64,000 nucleotides of DNA. It comes from an uncultured bacterium. Lineage in GTDB: Bacteria; Patescibacteriota; Saccharimonadia; Saccharimonadales; Saccharimonadaceae. The stretch lies in contig CALHPA010000004.1 in assembly GCA_938036155.1 (NCBI GenBank), positions 5,376-69,375 of the forward strand, read 5' to 3'. Shown here piece after piece: positions 55,562 to 63,801 of this stretch. The notes beneath the pieces are model-generated. The model did no database searches, was not told the origin of the DNA, and was given only the letters and a program-made list of their open reading frames with translations. Positions within the stretch are counted from its first letter, which is position 1. Every line of letters starts with the position of its first letter. The position numbers and the translations under genes are program-made.

Positions 55562-57919
55562 ATGAATAGTGGGCAAAATCTTAAAAATATTAAAAAGTTT
55601 ATTCGTGTAGCGAATTATTTGACTGTTTCGCAAATCTTCTTGCAAGATAATTTTCTATTGGAGCGTCCACTAACTTCTGAAGATATTAAACCTCGGCTTC
55701 TTGGCCACTGGGGAAGTTGCCCAGGTGTTAATCATGTTTATGCACATCTTTTAAATATTCAAAAACAGCTGGATTTTGCTAAAAGTGGTTTAAAAACAGC
55801 ATTTATGCTTGGTCCAGGTCATGCTTTTCCGGCGCTCCAGGCGAATCTTTTTCTTGAAGAAACTCTTTCGAATATCGATAAGAATGCGATTCGGAATTCG
55901 CAAGGTATTGCTTATATTTCGAAAAACTTTTCTTGGCCAGGCGGTTTTCCGTCGCACGCGAGTCCTTTCACGCCAGGCGTGATTCTTGAAGGTGGGGAGC
56001 TCGGCTATTCGCTTTCGACTGCTTTCGGGGCGGTTTTAGATAATCCAAATCTTGTAATGACCACTTTAATCGGCGATGGCGAGGCTGAAACTGGCCCAAT
56101 TGCTGCAGCTTGGCATCTGAATAAACTGATAAATCCAGTTAAAAATGGAGTAGTTTTACCTGTTTTACATTTGAATGGTTATAAAATTTCTGGTCCGACA
56201 ATTTTTGGCTCGATGAGTGATTTTGAATTGATTCAATTTTTCCACGGAGCGGGTTGGGAGCCAAAAATCGTTGATGAATATTCTGCTGAAGATTTTGATT
56301 TAGAGCTTTCGAAAGTTTTTTCAGATGCTTTTCGAGATATTTCGCGAATAAAATTTGGCCGAAAAAACGGTTTTGTGCGGCTGCCGATGATTATTATGCG
56401 GAGTAAAAAAGGAAGCTCCGGTGTTACTGAAAATAATGGCGAAAAAATTGAAGGGAACTCGCTCGCTCATCAAGTTCCACTTTTAAACGCTAAAAGTGAT
56501 GGAAAAGAGCTCAAAAAACTCGAAGATTGGTTAAAATCTTATAAATTTGAAGAGCTTTTTGATTTCGAAAAAGGTGAATTCAAACCTTGGCTTAATGATT
56601 TTTTACCAGAAAAATCAAGCAGAATTGGTCAAAATTGTTTCGTAGATGCAAATTTAAATTTTAAAGAATTAAAATTACCAGAAATTCATGAAAGAGTAGG
56701 CGAGAAATCACTTGCAATGAATGCAATTGGTGATTTTTTGAAAGAAGTTTTCGAAAAAAATCCAGAAATTTTCCGCTTCTTTAGTCCTGATGAAACTTAT
56801 TCAAATAAATTAGATGCTATTTTTAAAGTAACTTCACGTTCTTGGCAGCGAGAAATTAAGCCATGGGAAAAAGATTTATCGAAAAACGGCCGTGTTACGG
56901 AAATTTTGAGTGAACATTCTTTACAGGGGCTTTTGCAGGGTTATATTTTAACGGGGCGACATGGAATTTTGACTTCTTACGAAGCTTTTGCGCCGATTAT
57001 TTCTTCAATGATGGATCAATATGCTAAGTTCTTGGCCCAATCTAAAGAAGTAAAATGGCGAGGTGATTTAGCAAGTTTAAACTATGTTTTAACTTCAACT
57101 GGTTGGCGACAAGACCATAATGGATTTTCGCATCAAAATCCGAGTTTTATTGATGAAGTTTTGCGCCGCGAAAATGGAATTGGGCAGATTTTTTTGCCAG
57201 CAGATGATAATTCGGCTGTTGTAGCGATTTCAAAAATGCTAAAATCCCAAAATAATATTAACGTTTTGGTTGCGGGAAAAACGCCTGAGCCAAGGTATTT
57301 TTCTCTTAAGAGCGCACAAAAGCAGATTAAAAATGGCGGAATATTTGTTTTTGACAGTTGGAAAAATCAGGAAATTACAGACTGGGACTCAATTTTAGAA
57401 GATGATGAGCCAGATTTAATTTTGGCGGCAAGTGGTGATTATGTTTTTAAAGAAACAGTTGCAGCACTTCAGGTTTTGCTTCATGACGCACCGCAAATTA
57501 AAATTCGTTTAGTTTATATTCAGGCGCTATGTAGTGAAGGAATTGGAACTTTCGAAAATACACTTTCGAAAAGCGATTTCGCGAAGATTTTTACTAAAGA
57601 TAAGCCAGTTATATTTGCTTTTCATGGTTATGCTAAAACTTTGAAATCAATTTTATTTGATTATGAAAATCCGTCGAGAATTAAAATTAACGGATATGAA
57701 GAAAAAGGTTCAACAACTACGCCGTTTGATATGCTTGCGAGAAATCGAGTTTCGCGATACGATATTGTGGCTCGAGCGGTCGCTTCGAAAAATCCTGAAA
57801 AGGCTGAAGAATATTTGGCGAGAAAAGAAGACTTGCTGAAATTCGCCCGCGAAAACTCCGTCGACGCTCCAGAGATTGAGAATTGGAAATATTTATCTTT
57901 TTATGGTAAAATGGAATAG
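55562..57919 (+). CDS. xfp: Xylulose-5-phosphate/fructose-6-phosphate phosphoketolase
   Basis: 785 aa. LLGHWGSCPG, EGGELGYSL and GDGEAETGP signatures. An extended -10 (TGATAAAAT, 55546-55554) lies 7 nt before the ATG. Confidence 0.95.
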   Translation: MNSGQNLKNIKKFIRVANYLTVSQIFLQDNFLLERPLTSEDIKPRLLGHWGSCPGVNHVYAHLLNIQKQLDFAKSGLKTAFMLGPGHAFPALQANLFLEETLSNIDKNAIRNSQGIAYISKNFSWPGGFPSHASPFTPGVILEGGELGYSLSTAFGAVLDNPNLVMTTLIGDGEAETGPIAAAWHLNKLINPVKNGVVLPVLHLNGYKISGPTIFGSMSDFELIQFFHGAGWEPKIVDEYSAEDFDLELSKVFSDAFRDISRIKFGRKNGFVRLPMIIMRSKKGSSGVTENNGEKIEGNSLAHQVPLLNAKSDGKELKKLEDWLKSYKFEELFDFEKGEFKPWLNDFLPEKSSRIGQNCFVDANLNFKELKLPEIHERVGEKSLAMNAIGDFLKEVFEKNPEIFRFFSPDETYSNKLDAIFKVTSRSWQREIKPWEKDLSKNGRVTEILSEHSLQGLLQGYILTGRHGILTSYEAFAPIISSMMDQYAKFLAQSKEVKWRGDLASLNYVLTSTGWRQDHNGFSHQNPSFIDEVLRRENGIGQIFLPADDNSAVVAISKMLKSQNNINVLVAGKTPEPRYFSLKSAQKQIKNGGIFVFDSWKNQEITDWDSILEDDEPDLILAASGDYVFKETVAALQVLLHDAPQIKIRLVYIQALCSEGIGTFENTLSKSDFAKIFTKDKPVIFAFHGYAKTLKSILFDYENPSRIKINGYEEKGSTTTPFDMLARNRVSRYDIVARAVASKNPEKAEEYLARKEDLLKFARENSVDAPEIENWKYLSFYGKME

Positions 57920-57947
57920 TTATAAACTTTAACAGAAGGAGGACTAT

Positions 57948-58196
57948 ATGGGATTTTTATGGTCACTTATAGTTGGAGGATTTATCGGTGCTATTGCTGG
58001 TTATATCCTTAATAAAGACAAGAAAATGGGAATCGTAGCTAATGTTTTGGCTGGACTCGTCGGATCATTTGTTGGGCAATCTTTATTTGGTAGCTTCGGT
58101 CCAAAATTGGCAGACATGGCAATTATTCCATCATTGATTGGTGCGATTATCGTTATTAGTGTAGTATCATTTGTGCTTAAAAAGGGAGAAAAATAA
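57948..58196 (+). CDS. GlsB/YeaQ/YmgE family stress membrane protein
   Basis: MGFLWSLIVGGFIGAIAGYI...VLAGLVGSFVGQSLFG. SD GAAGGAGG. Confidence 0.85.
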   Translation: MGFLWSLIVGGFIGAIAGYILNKDKKMGIVANVLAGLVGSFVGQSLFGSFGPKLADMAIIPSLIGAIIVISVVSFVLKKGEK

Positions 58197-58197
58197 T

Positions 58198-58407
58198 ATG
58201 TCAGAAAATAAACTCGATGCTGTAGTAGATAAAGTTGTTGGCGCTACAAAAGAAGTCGCTGGAAAGGTTACGGGCAACAAAAAATTACAGGCTGAAGGCA
58301 AAACTCAGAAAGCTGGAGGAAAAGTCAAAGAAGTTGCTGCCGATACTAAAGATATTGTTGACGGAGTGGTCGACGGCGCAAAAGAAGTTCTAGGCAAGAA
58401 AAAATAG
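58198..58407 (+). CDS. CsbD-family general stress protein
   Basis: KVVGATKEVAGKVTGNKKLQAEGKTQKAGGKVKE. I chose ATG 58198, which follows AAGGGAGAA. Confidence 0.85.
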   Translation: MSENKLDAVVDKVVGATKEVAGKVTGNKKLQAEGKTQKAGGKVKEVAADTKDIVDGVVDGAKEVLGKKK

Positions 58408-58484
58408 AACAATATAAAATAATAGCCTCATCGTTGAGACTATTATTTTTAGAAAAAAGAAAACCCCGAGCTTTATACTCGGGG

Positions 58485-58499
58485 AAACCAGATTAGTTT
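58485..58499. repeat. Left arm of the inverted repeat flanking the GC-rich island (AAACCAGATTAGTTT)
   Basis: Its reverse complement matches 59253-59267 (AAACTAATCTGATTT) at 14 of 15 positions. The 11-nt core CAGATTAGTTT is perfect. Confidence 0.55.
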
Positions 58500-58582
58500 T
58501 TTAGGAAGTTAAAGATAAAGTCCTCAACTTCCTGGTGGTCGGGGTATCCGCCCCAAAAGGCGGATTCCCTATGTTTACCAAG

Positions 58583-59125
58583 TCAGGAGCCACCGTTCCA
58601 GCCTTGGAATTTCTCTTGGAGATATGAACAGAGCTCACCATCCCTAAAGAAATTAACTTCTCCTTCGCCAGAGAGTACGATCAATTGATCGTACTCTCTA
58701 AAGAGACGGTCGGTTACTGTAGCCGTCCTGCTGTGCGTAAGACTAACTACAGTGAGGCGACCGTCAACCTTGCGGCTTTCGATCACCTCAACAGCCTAAG
58801 CTTCCTGCTCAGGCTACAACCATCCCCGGGATAAACCCGGAGTCGTTCGCAGCGATCAAAAGCTGCTTACGACTGGGCTCAATCCTCAATAGGGAAAGAA
58901 CCTGGATGATTGAGGCTGGTTCGCCGGAGCGACTACCGTGGTGGTCCACGTCAATCGCGCCGGCAATTTCGCTGGCACCAGCCAGTTCAATAAGAACTGG
59001 CTGGTCGCCTGCAGCTAGAGCAGCATCGATCTCATCTTTATAAGATTCGACCGATGCGCCCCAGCCCAGACCTTCATCTCCGCGTCTGCTCCACCAATAA
59101 AAAATACTTTTTGTGCTTGTGTCAT
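58583..59125 (-). pseudogene. Disrupted gene of foreign (GC-rich) composition, function unknown
   Basis: ATG 59125 has an AGAGGA SD. The sensible reading needs two frame changes, near 59075 and 58815, and contains an in-frame TAG (58797-58799). The pieces are MTQAQKVFFIGGADA / GLGWGASVESYKDEIDAALAAGDQPVLIELAG..IDVDHHGSRSGEP..AANDSGFIPGM / VIESRKVDGRLTVVSLTH..QGWNGGS. Local GC reaches about 65% in 58921-58980, against about 35% in the flanks. Confidence 0.6.
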
Positions 59126-59190
59126 TTTTAGTTCCTCTATTGCCGTCGGTGAGTCGTTGCTCATCTTCCGATTCGGTGAGAACTTCTGGA

Positions 59191-59242
59191 TGTTAGCCAG
59201 AAACCAAACCGTCTCGACCAATGACCTGATTTCTGGCTAACA
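59191..59242. repeat. Perfect 13-bp inverted repeat TGTTAGCCAGAAA / TTTCTGGCTAACA with a 26-nt spacer
   Basis: Read directly from the sequence. It lies upstream of the pseudogene start, inside the island. Confidence 0.55.
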
Positions 59243-59252
59243 ACCGCCACAT

Positions 59253-59267
59253 AAACTAATCTGATTT
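59253..59267. repeat. Right arm of the inverted repeat flanking the GC-rich island
   Basis: AAACTAATCTGATTT. See the left arm at 58485-58499. Confidence 0.55.
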
Positions 59268-59504
59268 GAAATGTTCGATCCGTTTTGGCAAAATCTTGCT
59301 TTTGCTTGACGGATTATTTAAATTATAACCATAATTATAATAATAAGTTAATAATTTTGCTTAAAAAAGTTAAAAATTCTCAAAATTACCACTGTTATTT
59401 TCGAAAAAGATTTTTTATGATTTTCTGGAAAAATTCAATTTTTATATAATATTATGCCGATAATTCAAGAATAAATAAAAACAATCGTTGTAAATAAAAC
59501 ATCA

Positions 59505-59531
59505 TTAGCACTCTTGACTTGTGAGTGCTAA
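59505..59531 (+). promoter_or_regulatory. CIRCE operator overlapping the dnaK promoter
   Basis: Perfect TTAGCACTC-N9-GAGTGCTAA. The spacer holds the -35 TTGACT (59514-19), and the -10 TATAAT lies at 59537-42. A leader of about 150 nt precedes dnaK. Confidence 0.92.
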
Positions 59532-59696
59532 AAGCGTATAATCGAAATATAAGCGTGAAACGAATTGCGAGGCGCGCTTTATAGAATAGTTAATAACTTT
59601 CGGGAAGCTTTCTGAAAAATCCGAATAGGCTAAGAAATTCGAAATTGACTAGGAAAGCTATCGAACAGATAAATTTAATAAAGAAAGAAGGAGAAA

Positions 59697-61595
59697 ATGG
59701 GAAAAATTATTGGAATTGACCTTGGTACAACTAACAGTGCTTTTGCATATATGGTTGCAGGAAAACCTGAGGTTATCACAAACGCAGAAGGAAATCGAAC
59801 TACGCCATCAGTTGTGGCAATCAACAAAAAAGGCGATCGCTTGGTTGGGCAGGTAGCGCAACGTCAACGCGTAACAAATCCGAAAAATACAATTTACGGA
59901 GTAAAGCGTTTGATTGGCCGAAAATATTCTGATGATGAGATTCAAAAAGATCTTGAAATTATGCCTTACGAGATTGTGAAAAAAGGTAGTGGCGTGGCTG
60001 TAAAAATGGGTGACAAAGAATATACGCCAGAAGAAGTTTCAGCAATGATTCTTTCGAAAATTAAAGCTGATGCTGAAGCTTTCTTGGGTGAAAAAGTTAC
60101 CGAAGCTGTGATTACTGTTCCAGCTTACTTTGATGACAGTCAACGCCAAGCAACTAAAGATGCTGGTAAAATTGCTGGTCTTGAAGTAAAACGAATTATC
60201 AACGAGCCAACTGCAGCCGCACTTGCTTATGGCTTAGACGGTAAAAAAGATGAAAAAATTGCTGTTTTCGACCTTGGTGGTGGGACATTCGACGTTTCGA
60301 TTCTCGATATTGCGGATGGAGTTTTCGAAGTTCTTTCAACAAACGGTGATACACATCTTGGTGGTGAAGACTTTGATAACCGCATTGTGAACCACTTCTT
60401 GGATGAATTTAAGAAAGAAGAAGGAATCGATCTTAAAAATGATTCTGCCGCAATGCAACGCTTAAAGGATGAAGCTGAAAAGGCTAAGAAAGAGCTTTCT
60501 TCAACAACATCTTATGAAGTGAACTTGCCATTCTTAACAGCTGATGAAGATGGTCCAAAACACTTTGAATATACTCTAACCCGAGCAAAACTTGAAGAAT
60601 TAGTTGCTGATTTAATTGATCGACTAGCTGATCCTGTTGAAAAGGCTCTAAAAGATGCAGATCTAAAAGCTAGCGATATCGCCGAAGTTGTGATGGTTGG
60701 TGGTATGACCCGAATGCCAGCCGTGGTTGAAAAAGTAGAAAAAATCTTTGGCAAAAAGCCAACTCAAGGTGTTAACCCTGATGAAGTTGTGGCTGTGGGT
60801 GCTGCAATTCAAGGCGGTGTTTTGGCTGGAGACGTTAAAGATGTGCTACTTCTTGACGTTACGCCTTTAACACTTGGAATCGAAACTGCTGGTGGTGTTC
60901 GAACTCCAATGATTGATCGAAACACAACTGTGCCAACTTCGAAATCGCAAGTTTTCTCAACTTATGCCGATAATCAGTCGCAAGTTGAAATTCATGTGCT
61001 TCAAGGTGAGCGCGAAATGGCTGCCGACAACAAATCTCTTGGAATGTTCGTACTTTCAGGAATTGCTCCAGCGCCACGAGGAGTTCCACAGATTGAAGTT
61101 ACCTTCAATATTGATGCAAACGGAATTTTGACAGTTACCGCTAAAGATAAAGGAACTGGTAAAGAGAACAATATCACAATTCAAAACTCAGGAAATATGA
61201 GTAAAGAAGATATTGAAAAGGCTCAAAAAGAGGCTGAACTTCACGCTGATGAAGATAAAAAGAAACGCGAATTAATTGATGCGAAAAATCAGCTCGAAAA
61301 TGCTATTTATCAGGCAGAAAAAATGCCAAGCGAATTCAAAGATAAGATTTCGAAAGAAGATGAAGAAGCAATTTCGAAAGCTGTTGAAGAGGCTAAAAAA
61401 CATCAAAATGCTGAGAGTAAAGATGAGCTTGAGAAAGCTGCTAAAGATCTTCAAGATGCAATTATGCCAATTGGTGCAAAATTGTATCAAGCTCAAAGTG
61501 CAGATAATGCAAGTGAAGCTGGCGATAAAGCTAAAACTTCTCACAAAAAAGATAATGACGAGCCAGTTGAAGGCGAAGTTATTGACAAGAAATAA
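59697..61595 (+). CDS. dnaK: Chaperone DnaK (Hsp70)
   Basis: [23 protein letters not shown] and VGGMTRMP. 632 aa. SD GAAGGAGAA. Confidence 0.98.
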   Translation: MGKIIGIDLGTTNSAFAYMVAGKPEVITNAEGNRTTPSVVAINKKGDRLVGQVAQRQRVTNPKNTIYGVKRLIGRKYSDDEIQKDLEIMPYEIVKKGSGVAVKMGDKEYTPEEVSAMILSKIKADAEAFLGEKVTEAVITVPAYFDDSQRQATKDAGKIAGLEVKRIINEPTAAALAYGLDGKKDEKIAVFDLGGGTFDVSILDIADGVFEVLSTNGDTHLGGEDFDNRIVNHFLDEFKKEEGIDLKNDSAAMQRLKDEAEKAKKELSSTTSYEVNLPFLTADEDGPKHFEYTLTRAKLEELVADLIDRLADPVEKALKDADLKASDIAEVVMVGGMTRMPAVVEKVEKIFGKKPTQGVNPDEVVAVGAAIQGGVLAGDVKDVLLLDVTPLTLGIETAGGVRTPMIDRNTTVPTSKSQVFSTYADNQSQVEIHVLQGEREMAADNKSLGMFVLSGIAPAPRGVPQIEVTFNIDANGILTVTAKDKGTGKENNITIQNSGNMSKEDIEKAQKEAELHADEDKKKRELIDAKNQLENAIYQAEKMPSEFKDKISKEDEEAISKAVEEAKKHQNAESKDELEKAAKDLQDAIMPIGAKLYQAQSADNASEAGDKAKTSHKKDNDEPVEGEVIDKK

Positions 61596-61621
61596 TTCGA
61601 AAATCCACCTTTCGAAAAGTA

Positions 61622-61651
61622 AAAATGCTCAGGTTAAACTGGGCATTTTTT
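61622..61651 (+). terminator. dnaK terminator
   Basis: AAAATGCTCAG-GTTAAA-CTGGGCATTTTTT. Confidence 0.7.
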
Positions 61652-61733
61652 GCGTATTGATTTTTTAAATTTTATTTAATATAATTAATTGGCGCTCACC
61701 CGATGCTCGCACTTTTAGAAAGAGGTATTTTCT

Positions 61734-61877
61734 ATGGCAAAAAAGATATTTATGATATTTATTGCTGGAGTGGTTATTTTACTTTTGTTTTTTACTATAC
61801 TACTAAAGCTGATACTCGTGATATTATTTTCCATCTTAATGATAGTTTGGCTGGTAGTACATTTTTTCATTGGTTGA
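61734..61877 (+). CDS. Candidate 47-aa two-TM hydrophobic peptide (MAKKIFMIFIAGVVILLLFFTILLKLILVILFSILMIVWLVVHFFIG)
   Basis: AAGAGG SD 7 nt upstream. It is in a different frame from the ORF-track call 61703-61894, whose product looks non-protein-like. Confidence 0.35.
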   Translation: MAKKIFMIFIAGVVILLLFFTILLKLILVILFSILMIVWLVVHFFIG

Positions 61878-61996
61878 ATCTTTTTTTGATATAGTCCCTT
61901 CTTATAATATCCCTCAGCAATGGAGGGGGTTTCGACAAGGAGACGAAGGGCTAAATAGCTTTTATAAGGGTGAGCTATTTAATTGAGGATATTTAT

Positions 61997-62164
61997 ATGA
62001 AGTTTATTGATAAAAATGACAAAAAACTCATTACTATTATTTTGACAGTAATTATATTTGGATGGTTAGCTTATTTAACTTTTGAAATTAATCGGATTGG
62101 TAATAATTTAAACGGCTATATTGAGAGTGTAATTAAAGAAAATTCGAAGAAAAAATCGGAATAA
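61997..62164 (+). CDS. Small single-TM protein (55 aa)
   Basis: ATG 61997 is preceded by GAGGA. TM segment LITIILTVIIFGWLAYL. The ORF-track GTG start at 61970 lies inside a hairpin. Confidence 0.35.
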   Translation: MKFIDKNDKKLITIILTVIIFGWLAYLTFEINRIGNNLNGYIESVIKENSKKKSE

Positions 62165-62203
62165 TTTTTGATGAAAAACTGGTCGGGTGATATAATATAT
62201 GGT

Positions 62204-62524
62204 ATGGAAAGTTTTAATCAAAATAATCAAAATGAAAACAAAGAAACCGGCTGGGAAATTGCAGCGGAAGACCAACGGGCGGTGATTGAGGCACAAATTC
62301 GAATGCTTGAAGCTCAGAGGTTGGAGCTTGAAAGTCGAATGCGCGAGGAGCTTCAATATATGCGTGATGCTAATAGGGATGAAATGGATAATCAAGATAT
62401 TTATGAATCGATGAGTGGTATTTTTGAAGATAAAATGCGTGCATATGATTCGAAATTTTATGAAATTGACGTTCAGATTGATGGACTGGAATTTAAGCTA
62501 AAAAATATTGAAAATAATAATTAG
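62204..62524 (+). CDS. Acidic coiled-coil hypothetical protein
   Basis: A TATAAT box (62191-62196) lies 7 nt before ATG 62204. The stop TAG is embedded in the dnaJ CIRCE. Confidence 0.45.
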   Translation: MESFNQNNQNENKETGWEIAAEDQRAVIEAQIRMLEAQRLELESRMREELQYMRDANRDEMDNQDIYESMSGIFEDKMRAYDSKFYEIDVQIDGLEFKLKNIENNN

Positions 62525-62547
62525 CACTCTTGCACTTCAAGTGCTAA
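62521..62547 (+). promoter_or_regulatory. CIRCE operator overlapping the dnaJ promoter
   Basis: TTAGCACTC-N9-AAGTGCTAA. The spacer holds the -35 TTGCAC (62530-35), and the -10 TATAAT lies at 62553-58. Confidence 0.9.
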
Positions 62548-62565
62548 TTTGCTATAATATATTAT

Positions 62566-63666
62566 ATGAGCAAAACAGATTATTATGATATTTTAGGTGT
62601 AAAAAAAGACGCCAGTGCTGATGAAATTAAAAAGGCTTTTCGAAAAAAAGCAGTTGAGCTTCATCCAGATAAAGGGGGTGATGAAAAGGCTTTTAAAGAA
62701 GTAAATGAAGCTTATGAAGTTTTAAAAGATAAAGAAAAACGCCAACGATATGACCAATTCGGTCATGCAGGAGTTGGCGGAAATTCTGGTGGGTTTTCTG
62801 GTGGAAATCCTTTTGAAGGATTTAGCGGATTTTCGGGCCAGAATGTTAATTTTGATTTTGGTGGCGGATTTGGCGATATTTTTGACGGAATTTTTGGCGG
62901 TGGATTTTCGAATAGCCGCGGTTCGAAAACTAAAAAAGGTCGCGATGTTGAAGTAGATCTAACCTTGAATTTTAAAGAGGCAGTTTTTGGAACTGAAACT
63001 GAAATTTCATTAAATCTAGATGATGAGTGCGAGCATTGTGATGGTTCTGGTGCGGAGCCTGGCCATGGAATGCAGAAATGTCCAGACTGTAATGGAAGTG
63101 GTCAACAAACTCGTGCCACTCAAACTCTTTTTGGTCCGATTCAGCAAACTGTGACTTGTCCAACTTGTGATGGTCGGGGTGAAATTCCAAAGCAAAATTG
63201 TTCAGTTTGCCGTGGCTCTGGAATCTTGCGTAAAAAGCAAACTGTAAAGCTTAAAATTCCAGCAGGAATTGATGATGGTGCAACAATTCGGCTTTCTGGT
63301 CGTGGTGAAGCAATCAAAGGTGGTGAAAAAGGTGATTTATATGTAAACATTTATGTTAAAGCCGATAAAAAATTTACACGTGAAGGAGATTTAATTCTCA
63401 GTGAAGAGAGAATCTCAATGATCGATGCGGCCCTTGGTGCTGAAATCGAAGTTGAAACAATTGACGGTCCGTTAACGATGAAAATTCCAGCAGGAACGCA
63501 AAGTCATACTGATTTTAAGCTTTCAGGTCACGGTGTGCCTCACCTTCGAACTGAAAGAAGAGGTGCTCAAATTGTGACAATTATTGTCGAAACTCCTACA
63601 AAGCTTTCGAAAAAACAAAAAGAGCTTCTGGCGGAATTTAAGAAATCTAAAAAATCATTATTTTAA
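62566..63666 (+). CDS. dnaJ: Co-chaperone DnaJ
   Basis: J domain ([16 protein letters not shown]), a G/F region, four CxxCxGxG zinc motifs and the C-terminal substrate domains. Confidence 0.97.
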   Translation: MSKTDYYDILGVKKDASADEIKKAFRKKAVELHPDKGGDEKAFKEVNEAYEVLKDKEKRQRYDQFGHAGVGGNSGGFSGGNPFEGFSGFSGQNVNFDFGGGFGDIFDGIFGGGFSNSRGSKTKKGRDVEVDLTLNFKEAVFGTETEISLNLDDECEHCDGSGAEPGHGMQKCPDCNGSGQQTRATQTLFGPIQQTVTCPTCDGRGEIPKQNCSVCRGSGILRKKQTVKLKIPAGIDDGATIRLSGRGEAIKGGEKGDLYVNIYVKADKKFTREGDLILSEERISMIDAALGAEIEVETIDGPLTMKIPAGTQSHTDFKLSGHGVPHLRTERRGAQIVTIIVETPTKLSKKQKELLAEFKKSKKSLF

Positions 63667-63801
63667 ATAGTTGGCCGAGTTATTTAATAGCTCGGCTATT
63701 TTATAGGAATATTAATTTTAATTCTTAATATATTGGTATGGGTGTTTTATTTTCTATAAAAATAATTTGAGCATCCTTAGAGCTTATGCTATAATATTTT
63801 C

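Noticed and set aside
55448-55645. 65-aa minus-strand ORF
   Set aside because: It overlaps the xfp start, the xfp promoter and the plus-strand terminator hairpin. It has no SD.
58561-58620. CCAAGTCAGGAGCC..CCAGCCTTGG, which is superficially like the SRP (4.5S) RNA helix 8 motif
   Set aside because: There is no GNRA tetraloop and no conserved AGCA/GGAA asymmetric loop. The stretch lies in the coding remnant (..QEKFQGWNGGS) of the pseudogene.
61703-61894. 63-aa ORF-track call after dnaK
   Set aside because: An overlapping alternative frame (61734-61877) has an SD and encodes a coherent two-TM peptide. The track frame has neither.
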